A stretch of DNA of 64,000 bases, taken from contig CAVVMW010000023.1 in assembly GCA_963749495.1 (NCBI GenBank), forward strand, positions 320,001 through 384,000, in the 5' to 3' direction. The notes under the pieces were generated by a model. That model saw only the letters and a list, made by a program, of their open reading frames with translations, did not search any database and had not been told where the DNA came from. The translations under genes and the position numbers were made by a program. The stretch comes from an uncultured bacterium. GTDB lineage: Bacteria; Verrucomicrobiota; Verrucomicrobiia; Limisphaerales; UBA8199. Shown here in pieces: positions 1-9,450 of this stretch (positions are counted from its first letter, which is position 1; the number at the start of each line of letters is the position of its first letter).

Positions 1-32
1 CAGCATCGGAATCCGGTATAGTCTCCGCGCTC

Positions 33-1340
33 ATGCATGTCATTCGCCACACGGACGGTGACTTCCAGGCGCGGCGGCGCCAGTTGGCGGCGCCCTCCAG
101 CCTCTTTGACCCGGCCATCGAAGAGCGCACACGCGACCTCCTGGCCGACGTGCAGGCCCGTGGCGACCGGGCGGTGCTCGAGTTGACCGAGCGTTTCGAC
201 GGCCCCCGGTTGACGGCCAATCAACTGGCCATCACGCGTGCCGAACTGCTCACGGCCTCGCTCAAGGCGGAGGCCCCGCTCCGGGCGGCCGTGGCGGAGG
301 CGCGGCGCAATATCGCAGCCTTCGCCAGGAAGTCCCGGCGCAGGGATTGGCAGACCCGCAACTCGCACGGGGCGGCGGTGGGCGAGAGATTCGACCCCTT
401 CCAGCGCGTAGGCGTCTATGTCCCCGGGGGCACGGCGCCGTTGGTCTCGACGGCCCTGATGACGGTGGTGCTGGCGGAGGTGGCCGGCTGTGCGGAAATC
501 GTGGTCTGCACGCCCTGCGGCAAGGACGGCAGCATCAACCCGGCCCTGCTCTATGCGGCTCGAGCGGCGGGGGCGACAGAGATTTACCGCATTGGGGGCG
601 CCCAGGCCATTGCGGCGATGGCCTACGGCACCCGGACGATTGGGCGGGTGCAGAAGATCTTCGGTCCGGGCAATGCCTACGTGGTGGCGGCCAAGCGGCT
701 GGTGGTCGGGCACGTGGCCATCGATTTGTTGCCCGGCCCCAGCGAACTGCTGGTCCTGGCCGACCAGAGCGCCAACCCGGAGTTCATTGCCGCCGACTTG
801 CTGGCCCAGGCCGAGCACGGCTCGGGCCATGAACGGGTCTGGCTGGTGACAACGTTTGGCCCGCTGCTCAAGGCGGTGGAACGTCAAATCGCGCGCCAGG
901 CGCCCAAACTGGCCCGGCATGAATTCATCGCCCGCGCGCTGGAGCGCAACGGCTGGCTCATCCAGGTGGCGAGCCTCGATGCGGGCGTGGCCCTGGCCAA
1001 CCAATTGGCGCCGGAGCATTGCGAGGTGATGTGCCGCAACGCGCGCGCCCTGGCACGGCGGCTCCTGACCGCGGGGGCCATCTTCCTGGGGCCCTGGTCG
1101 CCCACGGTCCTGGGCGATTATGTGGCGGGGCCGAGCCACACCCTGCCCACCGGCGGGGCAGGGGCCTCGTTTGCGGGCCTGACGGTTAACCAGTTCCAGC
1201 GCCGCACCAGCGTGGTCGAATACAACCGGGCCGCCTTGCGCAGGGCGCTGCCGGCCGTGCGCACGTTCGCCCAACTCGAGGGTCTCAGCGCCCACGGACG
1301 CTCGGCGGAGGCTGAGGCTCAGGCCGGACCGGTGATGTGA
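33..1340 (+). CDS. hisD: histidinol dehydrogenase
   Basis: Motifs GVYVPGG, KIFGPGNAYV, PGPSE, DLLAQAEH, APEH, GDYVAGPSHTLPT. Confidence 0.96.
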   Translation: MHVIRHTDGDFQARRRQLAAPSSLFDPAIEERTRDLLADVQARGDRAVLELTERFDGPRLTANQLAITRAELLTASLKAEAPLRAAVAEARRNIAAFARKSRRRDWQTRNSHGAAVGERFDPFQRVGVYVPGGTAPLVSTALMTVVLAEVAGCAEIVVCTPCGKDGSINPALLYAARAAGATEIYRIGGAQAIAAMAYGTRTIGRVQKIFGPGNAYVVAAKRLVVGHVAIDLLPGPSELLVLADQSANPEFIAADLLAQAEHGSGHERVWLVTTFGPLLKAVERQIARQAPKLARHEFIARALERNGWLIQVASLDAGVALANQLAPEHCEVMCRNARALARRLLTAGAIFLGPWSPTVLGDYVAGPSHTLPTGGAGASFAGLTVNQFQRRTSVVEYNRAALRRALPAVRTFAQLEGLSAHGRSAEAEAQAGPVM

Positions 1341-2188
1341 TCTCCCTGCGCACCTTTCTGGCCTTGAGCCGGGCCGCCACCCTCCCGACGGTCTGGTCCA
1401 ACTGCCTGGCCGGCTGGTGGCTCAGCGGCGGCGGCAATGCCCACAAACTGCCGCTGCTCCTGGCCGGCGCCACCCTCTTCTTCCTGGGCGCCGCTTTCCT
1501 CAACGATACCCTGGATGAGCAATATGACCGCCAATTCCGCCGCGTCCGGCCCATCCCCTCGGGTGCCATCACCTCGTCCGCCGCCCTGCGCTGGTCCGTG
1601 CTGTCGTTCTTCCTGGGCGAAGCCTGCTGGTTCGCGCTGGGCAAGACCACGGCTGGCATGGGGCTGGCGCTGGCATTGTGCGCCGCACTCTATAATGCCA
1701 TCCACCGGCTCATCACCTTCTCGCCGGTGCTGCTGGGGCTGTGCCGCCTGTTGCTCTACCTAGTCGCCGCCTCCGCCGCCGCCCAGGGAGTCGGCGGCGG
1801 GTCCATCTGGTGCGGGCTGGCCCTGGCGCTTTACGTCGTCGGCGCCGGCTGCCTGCCGCGCCCGGAAAACACCCGCGGCCTGGCTGACTACTGGCCGGCC
1901 TTGCTCCTGCTCGCGCCAATTTTCCTCGCCCTGCTCATGGACACGGGTCCCTATCGCCTGCCCGGCCTCGAGCTGTGCGCCATATTCGGCCTGTGGGTCC
2001 TCTATTGCCTGAGGCATGCCTACTGGCCGGTTGATCGCAACCTGGCCCGGGCCGCGTCCGGCCTGGTGGCTGGCATCGTGCTGGCAGACTGGCTGGCCGT
2101 GGTGGATGTGCCCCGCGAGTTGAGCCTGGTGTTCCTGGGCCTGTTCGGCGCGGCACTCCTGCTCCAGCGCCTGGTGCCGGCCTCGTGA
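1337..2188 (+). CDS. UbiA-family prenyltransferase
   Basis: Multi-TM protein; LSRAATLPTVWSN and LNDTLDEQYDRQFRRVRPIPSG (NDxxDxxxD...RPIPSG) motifs; GTGA overlap with hisD. Confidence 0.85.
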   Translation: MISLRTFLALSRAATLPTVWSNCLAGWWLSGGGNAHKLPLLLAGATLFFLGAAFLNDTLDEQYDRQFRRVRPIPSGAITSSAALRWSVLSFFLGEACWFALGKTTAGMGLALALCAALYNAIHRLITFSPVLLGLCRLLLYLVAASAAAQGVGGGSIWCGLALALYVVGAGCLPRPENTRGLADYWPALLLLAPIFLALLMDTGPYRLPGLELCAIFGLWVLYCLRHAYWPVDRNLARAASGLVAGIVLADWLAVVDVPRELSLVFLGLFGAALLLQRLVPAS

Positions 2189-2195
2189 CGGGCGG

Positions 2196-2334
2196 GAATG
2201 ACGAATGACGAATGACGAATGACGAATGACGAAAGGGACCAAAAGACCAAGAAGGACTAAAGGGACAAAAGGGACGGAAGGCATTTAGTGATTCGTCATC
2301 CTCATTCGTCATTCGTCATTCGTCATTCGTCATT
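2196..2334. repeat. Inverted heptamer arrays: (GAATGAC)x5, 9-mer AAGGGACNA-like array, then (ATTCGTC)n
   Basis: Visible directly; the two heptamer arms are reverse complements. Confidence 0.95.
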
Positions 2335-2389
2335 GCGGCCTCTCGCGTTCAAGCTTCCCCGCCCTCTCCCCGTCCTCTATTCTCCCTCC

Positions 2390-3040
2390 ATGCGTTGCAT
2401 CGTTACGGCAGGGCCGACCGCCGAGCCGCTGGACCAGGTGCGGTGCCTGACGAATTTCTCCACCGGCCGGCTCGGTAGCGAGCTGGCCAGTTTCCTGGCT
2501 GGGTGCGGGCATGAAGTGACGTTGCTGATCGGCCGGCAGGCCGCCTGGCAGGGGGAGCGCCGGGCGCGCCGGGTCCAGACCTTCACGACCACTGCCAGCC
2601 TGCGCGAGCGTTTGCGCGCCCTCTCCGGGGGGCCTGTCGATGCGGTCTTTCACGCCGCCGCGGTGAGTGATTTTGCCTTGGGCAGAGTTTGGCGGCGCTC
2701 GCCGGCCGGAGAGGAGGTCGAGGTGAGCGCCGGCAAGCTCTCGACCCGGGATGGGGTGCTCCTGGCCGAACTGGTGCCTACACCCAAGATCATCGCCGAA
2801 CTGCGGGGCTGGTTCCCCAAGGCGCGGCTGGTCGGCTGGAAATACGAAGTGGATGGCGACCGCCAGGGCGCTATCCAACTGGCCCGCCGGCAAATTGCCC
2901 AATGCGCGACAGATGCCTGCGTCGCCAACGGCCCTGCTTACGGCGCCGGCTTCGGCCTGGTCCGCCCCGCCCGCCGCTGCCTCCACCTCAAGGGCGCCAC
3001 CGCCTTGTTCGAGGCGATCGAGGGCATTCTGGCTGGCTGA
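2390..3040 (+). CDS. phosphopantothenate-cysteine ligase-like (CoaB/DFP C-terminal domain)
   Basis: MRCIVTAGPTAEPLDQVRCLTNFSTGRLG, FHAAAVSDF, LVGWKYE; start moved to ATG 2390. Confidence 0.85.
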   Translation: MRCIVTAGPTAEPLDQVRCLTNFSTGRLGSELASFLAGCGHEVTLLIGRQAAWQGERRARRVQTFTTTASLRERLRALSGGPVDAVFHAAAVSDFALGRVWRRSPAGEEVEVSAGKLSTRDGVLLAELVPTPKIIAELRGWFPKARLVGWKYEVDGDRQGAIQLARRQIAQCATDACVANGPAYGAGFGLVRPARRCLHLKGATALFEAIEGILAG

Positions 3041-3146
3041 AACGGAACCAAGACAGAATCATTATTGACAGGATCATTGACGGCGTGACCCCTTGTCTCC
3101 CGAAAATGGGATTGCCGCTATTTCCGGCTGCGAGCATAGTCCGCCT

Positions 3147-6041
3147 ATGAACGCGCATCCGTGCAAGACCTCCCCGGGCGCGCCGTTGAGGCGCTGGCTG
3201 GGGCTTGGGGGCCTGCTGGTGCTGGCATCGAGCAGCGGCGCACAATCGCTGCCGCAGTTTGACTTCACCCAACCGTCGGGCGTCCAGGGCTGGGTGGCCG
3301 CGCATGACATCTCCGGGCTGGAGGCGACAACCAACGGGTTGGTCATAAGCATCTCCGGTTCCGACCCGTACGTGTTCGGTCCGGCGCGGGACTACCCCGT
3401 CAACCAATTGTTGTGGCTGCGGCTGCTGCTCAAGTCCGACCAGGCGGGCATGGCGCAGGTGTTTTACTTCCCGGCGCAGGGCAGCCCGAGCGAGGCCAAT
3501 TCGGTGATGATGTATGCGCCGGGCGGCGATTGGGCGGAGCTGCGCCTGCCGATGCCGGCGTTAGGCCCGCAGACCCGGCTGCGCTTCGATCCACCCGGCA
3601 CCGGGGGCGCGTGCGTGCTGGGGCGAATAAGCTTCGAGCTGCGGCCCAGCCTGCCAGAACCGGCCTGGCTCAAGCCGGAGCCGCCGATGCTGGATTCCAA
3701 CGCCCCGGCAGTGGTCTCGGGCGGACTGGCGCTGGCGCACGGGACCAGCGCGTTGGGCGCGTTCGATTTGCGCGTCAACGGAACGAACATGGCGGTGGGC
3801 AACACTCGATCCGTCGTTGGCTATCTGCGCAACCAAACACCGTGGTGGTTCGCGCTCACAAACCCGGTCACCGCCACACTGGCGGGCGGCGCCTTGACGG
3901 TGCGCGCCAACTCGACCGATCCGGACGGCGGCCAGTGGCAAGTGGAACAGATGTTTGAGCCTGCCGCCACGCCGGGCGGGATTGAGATCCAAAGCCGCGT
4001 CACAGTCAACCAGGATCGGTCGGTGATTTTCCTGCCCATGTTAACCTTGCTGCCGGGGGTGGGGACATTCGGCACCAACAAGACCCAGGCCCTGTTGGCG
4101 GGCCTGGAGTACCTCGAAAACGAGCCGAGCAGCTCGCAGGCGGACATCAGTGCGGCTGGCTGGGAGCGGCTGGTCCCCGACCCGGTGAAGCTCACATTTC
4201 CCATGATGGCGCTGGCGGCGGGCGGCAACTACGTCGGGCTGCTGTGGGAGCCTTCCACGAACTTCGCCGCGCTGCACGATTCGCCCGATCGGCTCTTGCG
4301 CTCCGGCGGCCACCTGATGGGCCTCATTTTTCCCGGCGCCGATCCGGCCTTGCGCCAGGACGGCAGTGTGCTGCCTTACGACGGCCAAAAGCTCCAGGCC
4401 GGGCAGACCTTGACGTTGCGAGCCACAATCATCGGCGGGAGCGGCGACACCGTTGTTCCCGCACTCCAGCAATACGTGGCGCGGCGGGGTCTGCCCCCGC
4501 TGCCCAACACCGGCTACAGCGCGGCGGACTACTTCGCCCTGGCGGCGCACGGCTGGCTCGACACGCCCATCCGCAACGGCGCGCTCTTCCGCAATGCGGT
4601 CGCGGTCAACTTCGGTTTCGCCCCGGCAGCCGACGCGGCCCTGTTCATGGACTGGCTGTCCGCCCGGGTGCCGGACGCAACCCTCAAGACACGGCTGACC
4701 AACACGGCCACCTACGCGCGCGCGGCCGTGGCTCCGGCCAGCTACAATGCCGCGGCCGTGGGCCACGTGCGCTTTCCGGTGGAGGCGCTGGTCTATGGGG
4801 CGGTGCCGGCAAACGGGGCCACTGCCTTGAGCGGGGGCCAGGCGGAGTTGGGCCTTTTTCAGCCGGACGGCTCGGTCCTCTACCAAGCACCCCAAGGCGG
4901 GCTCGACCTGGGCAGCACTTATGGAACGCGCGATGCCAACGGTCTGACCGCCGGTCATGTGGTGAGTGTCCTGGAGGACGGCGCGTTTTGCGGCGACCCG
5001 GCGCTGTTGGGTGCAGGGGTGCGCCTGGTGCGGGCGTTGAACAAGTTCCGCAACAGCGTGCCGCGCGGGGCGCAGACCTGGGAGGTGCCGTTGCACACGC
5101 CCGACATTCTGGCCAGCGCCTGGCTGGTTCGCTGCTATACCCTGGCATACGAATTGACGGGTGAGGCCGACTTCCTGGCCCAAGCGCAGTATTGGGCCTG
5201 GACCGGCGTGCCGTTCGTTTATCTGGCGCCTCCGACCGGCCAACCGGTGGGCGTGTATGCGACGATCCCTGTCTTTGGCGCCAGCGATTTCGTGGCCTCC
5301 TGGTTCGGTGTGCCGGTGCAATGGTGCGGGCTGGTCTATGCGGACGCCATCCACCGTTTGGCTCGGCATGACCCTGCCGGGCCCTGGGTGCGCCTGGCCA
5401 ACGGCATTGCCTCATCGGGTGTGCAACAGACCCACCCGCCGGGCGAGGCGGGCCTCCAGGGCCTGCTCCCGGACAGTTTCAACCTCCGCGCCCAGGCGCG
5501 CAACGCCCCGGCAATTAACCCCGCCACACTGCTGCCGGAGGCCCTGCAACTGTTTGGCTGCGACCCGGTCTATGACTTCCGGGCCTTCCGGCATCACGGG
5601 CTGCTGGTTCATGCCCCCGGCCCCATAACCGACTGCCAGGAAACAAGCCAGGGCGTCAGTTTCCGGGTCAGCAGTTGGCCTCAATGGGAGTCGTATCTTC
5701 TGATCAACGGTTTTGCCGGCGGCACATTCAAGATCAATGGGGTCGAGAACCGCGCCCCACCGGGCCATTTGATCCTGGGACTGATCGCCCCCGCCCTGGT
5801 GGAGATTGCCGCGCCCGCAAACGATGCCCTGTCCATCGAGCGGGCAGCCTCCAATTCCAACGTCAGGCTCAGTTGGCCGCGCGTTGCCACCAACTATGTG
5901 CTGGAACGCGCCGCCGAGCCTGGGAGCAGCTTGCCTTGGCAGACCGTGACCAACGCCCCCGCCATTGACGGTTCCTGGTTCATCTTCACGACCCCGGCCG
6001 ACAAGCCCATGGAAGGCTTCCGCCTCCGCCGCCAACCCTAA
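3147..6041 (+). CDS. large secreted protein of unknown function
   Basis: Long ORF, signal peptide ending SSGA-Q, C-terminal domain ending GFRLRRQP. Confidence 0.8.
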   Translation: MNAHPCKTSPGAPLRRWLGLGGLLVLASSSGAQSLPQFDFTQPSGVQGWVAAHDISGLEATTNGLVISISGSDPYVFGPARDYPVNQLLWLRLLLKSDQAGMAQVFYFPAQGSPSEANSVMMYAPGGDWAELRLPMPALGPQTRLRFDPPGTGGACVLGRISFELRPSLPEPAWLKPEPPMLDSNAPAVVSGGLALAHGTSALGAFDLRVNGTNMAVGNTRSVVGYLRNQTPWWFALTNPVTATLAGGALTVRANSTDPDGGQWQVEQMFEPAATPGGIEIQSRVTVNQDRSVIFLPMLTLLPGVGTFGTNKTQALLAGLEYLENEPSSSQADISAAGWERLVPDPVKLTFPMMALAAGGNYVGLLWEPSTNFAALHDSPDRLLRSGGHLMGLIFPGADPALRQDGSVLPYDGQKLQAGQTLTLRATIIGGSGDTVVPALQQYVARRGLPPLPNTGYSAADYFALAAHGWLDTPIRNGALFRNAVAVNFGFAPAADAALFMDWLSARVPDATLKTRLTNTATYARAAVAPASYNAAAVGHVRFPVEALVYGAVPANGATALSGGQAELGLFQPDGSVLYQAPQGGLDLGSTYGTRDANGLTAGHVVSVLEDGAFCGDPALLGAGVRLVRALNKFRNSVPRGAQTWEVPLHTPDILASAWLVRCYTLAYELTGEADFLAQAQYWAWTGVPFVYLAPPTGQPVGVYATIPVFGASDFVASWFGVPVQWCGLVYADAIHRLARHDPAGPWVRLANGIASSGVQQTHPPGEAGLQGLLPDSFNLRAQARNAPAINPATLLPEALQLFGCDPVYDFRAFRHHGLLVHAPGPITDCQETSQGVSFRVSSWPQWESYLLINGFAGGTFKINGVENRAPPGHLILGLIAPALVEIAAPANDALSIERAASNSNVRLSWPRVATNYVLERAAEPGSSLPWQTVTNAPAIDGSWFIFTTPADKPMEGFRLRRQP

Positions 6042-6106
6042 GAGCTTTCAGATTGACCCCCGGCATGGGGTTCGATACGCTTGCTCCCAGCTCCAGGAGA
6101 GCTGCT

Positions 6107-6478
6107 ATGAAGCTGTGCGCCAACTGCGGTAGCGAGAACGAGGACGCGGCAACCCGCTGCCGCAGGTGCAGCGCTGAGCTTGTCACGCCCAAACCGGGCT
6201 CCGAGGAGCAAGAACCCGACGCCCGCTTCGAGAAAGTGGCCGTCCTGGACAGCGAAGTGCAGGCCGAACTGCTGGACGGGGTCCTGTCCGGCCAGGGCAT
6301 CCCCCACATCATGCAGAGCTACCACGATTCGGCCTACGACGGCCTCTTCCAGTCGCAAATGGGCTGGGGCCACGTGTCGGCGCCTGCCAGGTTCCGGGGT
6401 GAGATTCTGGCCACCCTTGAGAGCTTGAAGCGCCAAGCGGAGCACCCTGACGCGGCCCCGACGGGGCCCGCAGAGTGA
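6107..6478 (+). CDS. zinc-ribbon plus DUF2007-like small protein
   Basis: AGGAG RBS; CxxC...CxxC then EVQAELLDGVLSGQGIPH. Confidence 0.7.
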   Translation: MKLCANCGSENEDAATRCRRCSAELVTPKPGSEEQEPDARFEKVAVLDSEVQAELLDGVLSGQGIPHIMQSYHDSAYDGLFQSQMGWGHVSAPARFRGEILATLESLKRQAEHPDAAPTGPAE

Positions 6479-6539
6479 GCCGCGGCCCGAGCACAGCTTC
6501 GACTATTCCCGCTCAGCTCATCCTGCCGCCCCTCCCATC

Positions 6540-6606
6540 GGAGCGCGGACGCCTCGTCCGCGCGTTTCGGGTTCAGGCCAGCGCGCGGACGAGGCGTCCG
6601 CGCTCC
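6540..6606. repeat. REP-like doublet GGAGCGCGGACGCCTCGTCCGCGCG / inverse
   Basis: Inverted pair of internally palindromic units between convergent genes; the same unit occurs inside the MITE at 19226-19352. Confidence 0.9.
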
Positions 6607-6612
6607 TTCCGA

Positions 6613-7938
6613 TCAAGCCGACATCGCCGCTTCGGGCTGGGGAGCGGGCGCCTTTTTTGGCGGCGGATGGAAGAACAGGGCCAAGACGACCACGCCCACT
6701 GCGGCGATGGCCAGCGGCACCAGGAACAGGCCGTGGAAGTCCACCACACCGTTGTGGTTGAAGACGCTCTGGATGAGAGGCGGGCACACGAAGTTGGCAA
6801 CCAAATTGCCGAGGCCCAGGATCACCACATTGAACAGGCCCTGGGCGCTGGCACGCACGTCTTTGGGGAAATACTCGTCCACGAAGATATAGACCGTGCT
6901 GAAGAAGAAGGCATAGCCGAAGCCGTGCAGTAGTTGGACCAGGATCATCGGCGCCGCGACCGGCCAGAAGGCATAAAGGGCGAAGCGCCCGATGTGCGCG
7001 AGAATCCCAACAGCCATGGTCATGCGCCAGCCCAGGCGCGCCAGGGCAGTACCCAGGAGCAGGTTGGCCAGCACCTCGGACACCTGGCCAATGCTCATGA
7101 TCGGCATGGTCCAGTTGCCTGGGATGCCCACGCCGCCCCCGGTGACCGGCGTGCTCAAGAACCTGTCCGTATATTGGAAGTAGGCGTAAAGCACGAAGGC
7201 GACCAGGGCGCTGATGATCCATAGCACGAGCACATAGGGCTGCTTGAGCAGCTTGATTGCCTCCAGCCAGGCGAAGCGGTCGGCTCCCTGCACCGCTTTC
7301 TTGGGCGGGGTGTGCGGCAGCGTCAGGCTGTAGGCCGCCAGGAGGAGCGACGCAAGGCCGGCGACGAAGAAAATCCAGCGGGTCTCCTCCAGCAGCCGTT
7401 CACCGCGCAGGCCGGAGCCCAGCACCGTGGAGAGCCAGTTCACCACCCCCGACGGGCTCTCGGCATGCACCTTGGCCCAGTCCACGAGGATGAAGGCGAA
7501 GGGCCAACTGGCCAGGACCCAGCCCACTGAACTGCCGACTCGCACCACGCCATACTCCTTCTGCGGGTCTTTCATGTGGGCGAAGGCGATGGAATTGACG
7601 ATGGACAACGTGGGCACGTAAAGCAGGCAGTGAACAAACATCAGGATGAGGAACGGCCAGAAGGACGTGGTGAAGGTCAGCAGGAGCATGGCCAGGCCGC
7701 CCACCAGATGGCTGAAGGCCAGGAACCGCTCGGCTGCGAAATGACGGTCGGCGAACTGGTTGCTGAAAAACATGCCCACCAGCGCGGCAATGGGGAACGC
7801 ATTGAGAATCCAGGCCTGCTCCCCGAAAGAAAAGCCCAGGGCCGCCAGATAGCCGAAGATCTTGGGCAGCCAGCAGCCCCAGATGGCGAACTCGAGGCCC
7901 ATCATCACAAAAAGTTTGCGGCGTATCGCAGTGTTCAT
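6613..7938 (-). CDS. MFS transporter, nucleoside:H+ symporter (NupG-like)
   Basis: About 12 hydrophobic segments; MMGLEFAIWG, FADRHFAAER, MSIGQVSE, RASAQGL. Confidence 0.88.
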   Translation of the reverse strand: MNTAIRRKLFVMMGLEFAIWGCWLPKIFGYLAALGFSFGEQAWILNAFPIAALVGMFFSNQFADRHFAAERFLAFSHLVGGLAMLLLTFTTSFWPFLILMFVHCLLYVPTLSIVNSIAFAHMKDPQKEYGVVRVGSSVGWVLASWPFAFILVDWAKVHAESPSGVVNWLSTVLGSGLRGERLLEETRWIFFVAGLASLLLAAYSLTLPHTPPKKAVQGADRFAWLEAIKLLKQPYVLVLWIISALVAFVLYAYFQYTDRFLSTPVTGGGVGIPGNWTMPIMSIGQVSEVLANLLLGTALARLGWRMTMAVGILAHIGRFALYAFWPVAAPMILVQLLHGFGYAFFFSTVYIFVDEYFPKDVRASAQGLFNVVILGLGNLVANFVCPPLIQSVFNHNGVVDFHGLFLVPLAIAAVGVVVLALFFHPPPKKAPAPQPEAAMSA

Positions 7939-8132
7939 AGCTCAGTTGCCCGCGAGCATAGAAAAGGCGGGGCACAAAAGCAAGGCGAGATGCATCTCAT
8001 TCCGCAAGGCCCAGGGCGCATCGCCTGTACCACCATTGAACGGAAGAACGGCGGGCATCACTCTATTCCGTCGAATTCATCCCGGAGGGATGAAAGAGGG
8101 CAGCCGGGGGTCGAAGCGCAGCGAGACCCCCG

Positions 8133-8888
8133 GTGCGGCGACGGCGGATGGCTGCAAACAGTGACCCAGCACGAAAGAACTGGGTGGGAAAGCCCAACCA
8201 GCTCCCCGAGCCCGAGTGTTGCCGGGCAGAAGGACAAGCCCAAGCTGAGGAGGCCAAGACTTAGCTCACGCGTATTCTTAGCCAACTCGGCCTCCAGTTG
8301 AGTGCCGAGAAGACTCGCATCACCACCTACGGAAAGGGCTACTCCTTTCTCGGGTTCGTGATGTCCCGTCGGTCCAAGCGTATGCGCCCCAAGTCCCAGG
8401 ACAAGTTCAAAGACAAGGTGCGGGAATTGACTGCCCGTAAGCGCAATCCGGACGCGCAACTTATCGGGGAACTCAACCGAGTCATTCAAGGCACTGCCAA
8501 CTACTTCGCCACGCGCTGGTCCACGAACCGGTGGCTTTTTCAGAAGCTGAACTCCTGGATTCGGCGGCGCTTGCGCTGCATGAAATTCAAGCGTTTCAGC
8601 TATCACCACAACCACCGGATGCGCCTGAAGCAGTTTGCGAAACTCGGGCTGTTGAGCCTGGAGAGCTTCTGCTGGTCATGAGAACGGCTCACGCCAAGCC
8701 GTGCCAAAGAACGCAGGACGGATTCCCCACGGGGGTTCACTCTGTCCAAAATCGGAGTTGGCGACGCGGGTCAGCGCCGCCAACGGGGGTCGCCCGGAGT
8801 CAGAAACTGACACGCCGGTAAATATAGGGAATGGACCCTATCGCGACAACGGGCAGGGGGTGGCCGCAAGGCCACTCCCTTACCCACT
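8133..8888 (+). mobile_element. internally deleted group II intron
   Basis: GTGCG 5' end just after a hairpin; maturase remnant; domain V-like CGC-CCGG...GTCAGAAACTGAC-AC-GCCGG (8791-8818); domain VI hairpin with GCAA loop and bulged A, ending ...TACCCAC. Confidence 0.8.
8241..8681 (+). pseudogene. group II intron RT/maturase C-terminal fragment
   Basis: QAEEAKT*LTRILSQLGLQLSAEKTRITTYGKGYSFLGF...LNRVIQGTANYF...WIRRRLR; in-frame TAG at 8262; no YADD core. Confidence 0.88.
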
Positions 8889-9104
8889 GAGCTTGCGAGC
8901 GGAGGCCCAAGTGATCGGGCCATAATCGGCGGCGCCCTGTAAGAATTCCCCGAACGAATTCGCGCTTTGCGCCCCTGAACCTCGACGTTGCGTCCCCGTC
9001 CCGCGTAGCGTTTTGGACTGCCGCAGTCCAAAACCTTCGGACTTGGTGTCGGTTCATGGAGAGGGCGCCACAAGGTGCGGCTCCCAAAGGGCGGCTGGCA
9101 GAAT

Positions 9105-9230
9105 TAACCTGGAAGCTCCGATCCCAGACCTTTGTCGCAACCTCTGTCGAAAACCGGCCCAATTCGACAAAGGTTGCGACAAAGGTTGCGACAAAGGCCC
9201 GGACTCGCGGCGCTCCTGGAAACAGGCGCT
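9105..9230. repeat. degenerate copy of the 12-mer-carrying MITE (CTTTGTCGCAAC / CGACAAAGGTTG)
   Basis: Aligns with 32258-32397; left TIR lost. Confidence 0.75.
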
Positions 9231-9450
9231 ACACCCACCGGCTTGTTGCACCAAACATTTTGATTTTGCCAGCCGCTCTAAGCACCGGGTCCCGGCCTTA
9301 CAGGCCGCGGCCCTTTTCGCTGGGCACTGGCTTACCTGGGCCTCCGCTCCGCTCCAGCCCAGGCTATCACATGACGGGCCTTTGGCCCTCTGGCGCATCT
9401 CGTCCCTCATCCCTCGCTTGACAGGGGCGGTCTTTCGACGACATTCGCCG

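Noticed and set aside
2288..2389. ORF-track N-terminal extensions made of SSFVIRH or FTFHVSR translations (also 25094-25225, 28842-29187)
   Set aside because: Read-through into intergenic heptamer arrays; better starts exist downstream
8241..8681. Retron, DGR or defence RT
   Set aside because: It is a maturase C-terminus followed by intron domains V and VI; no RT core, template repeat or msr/msd
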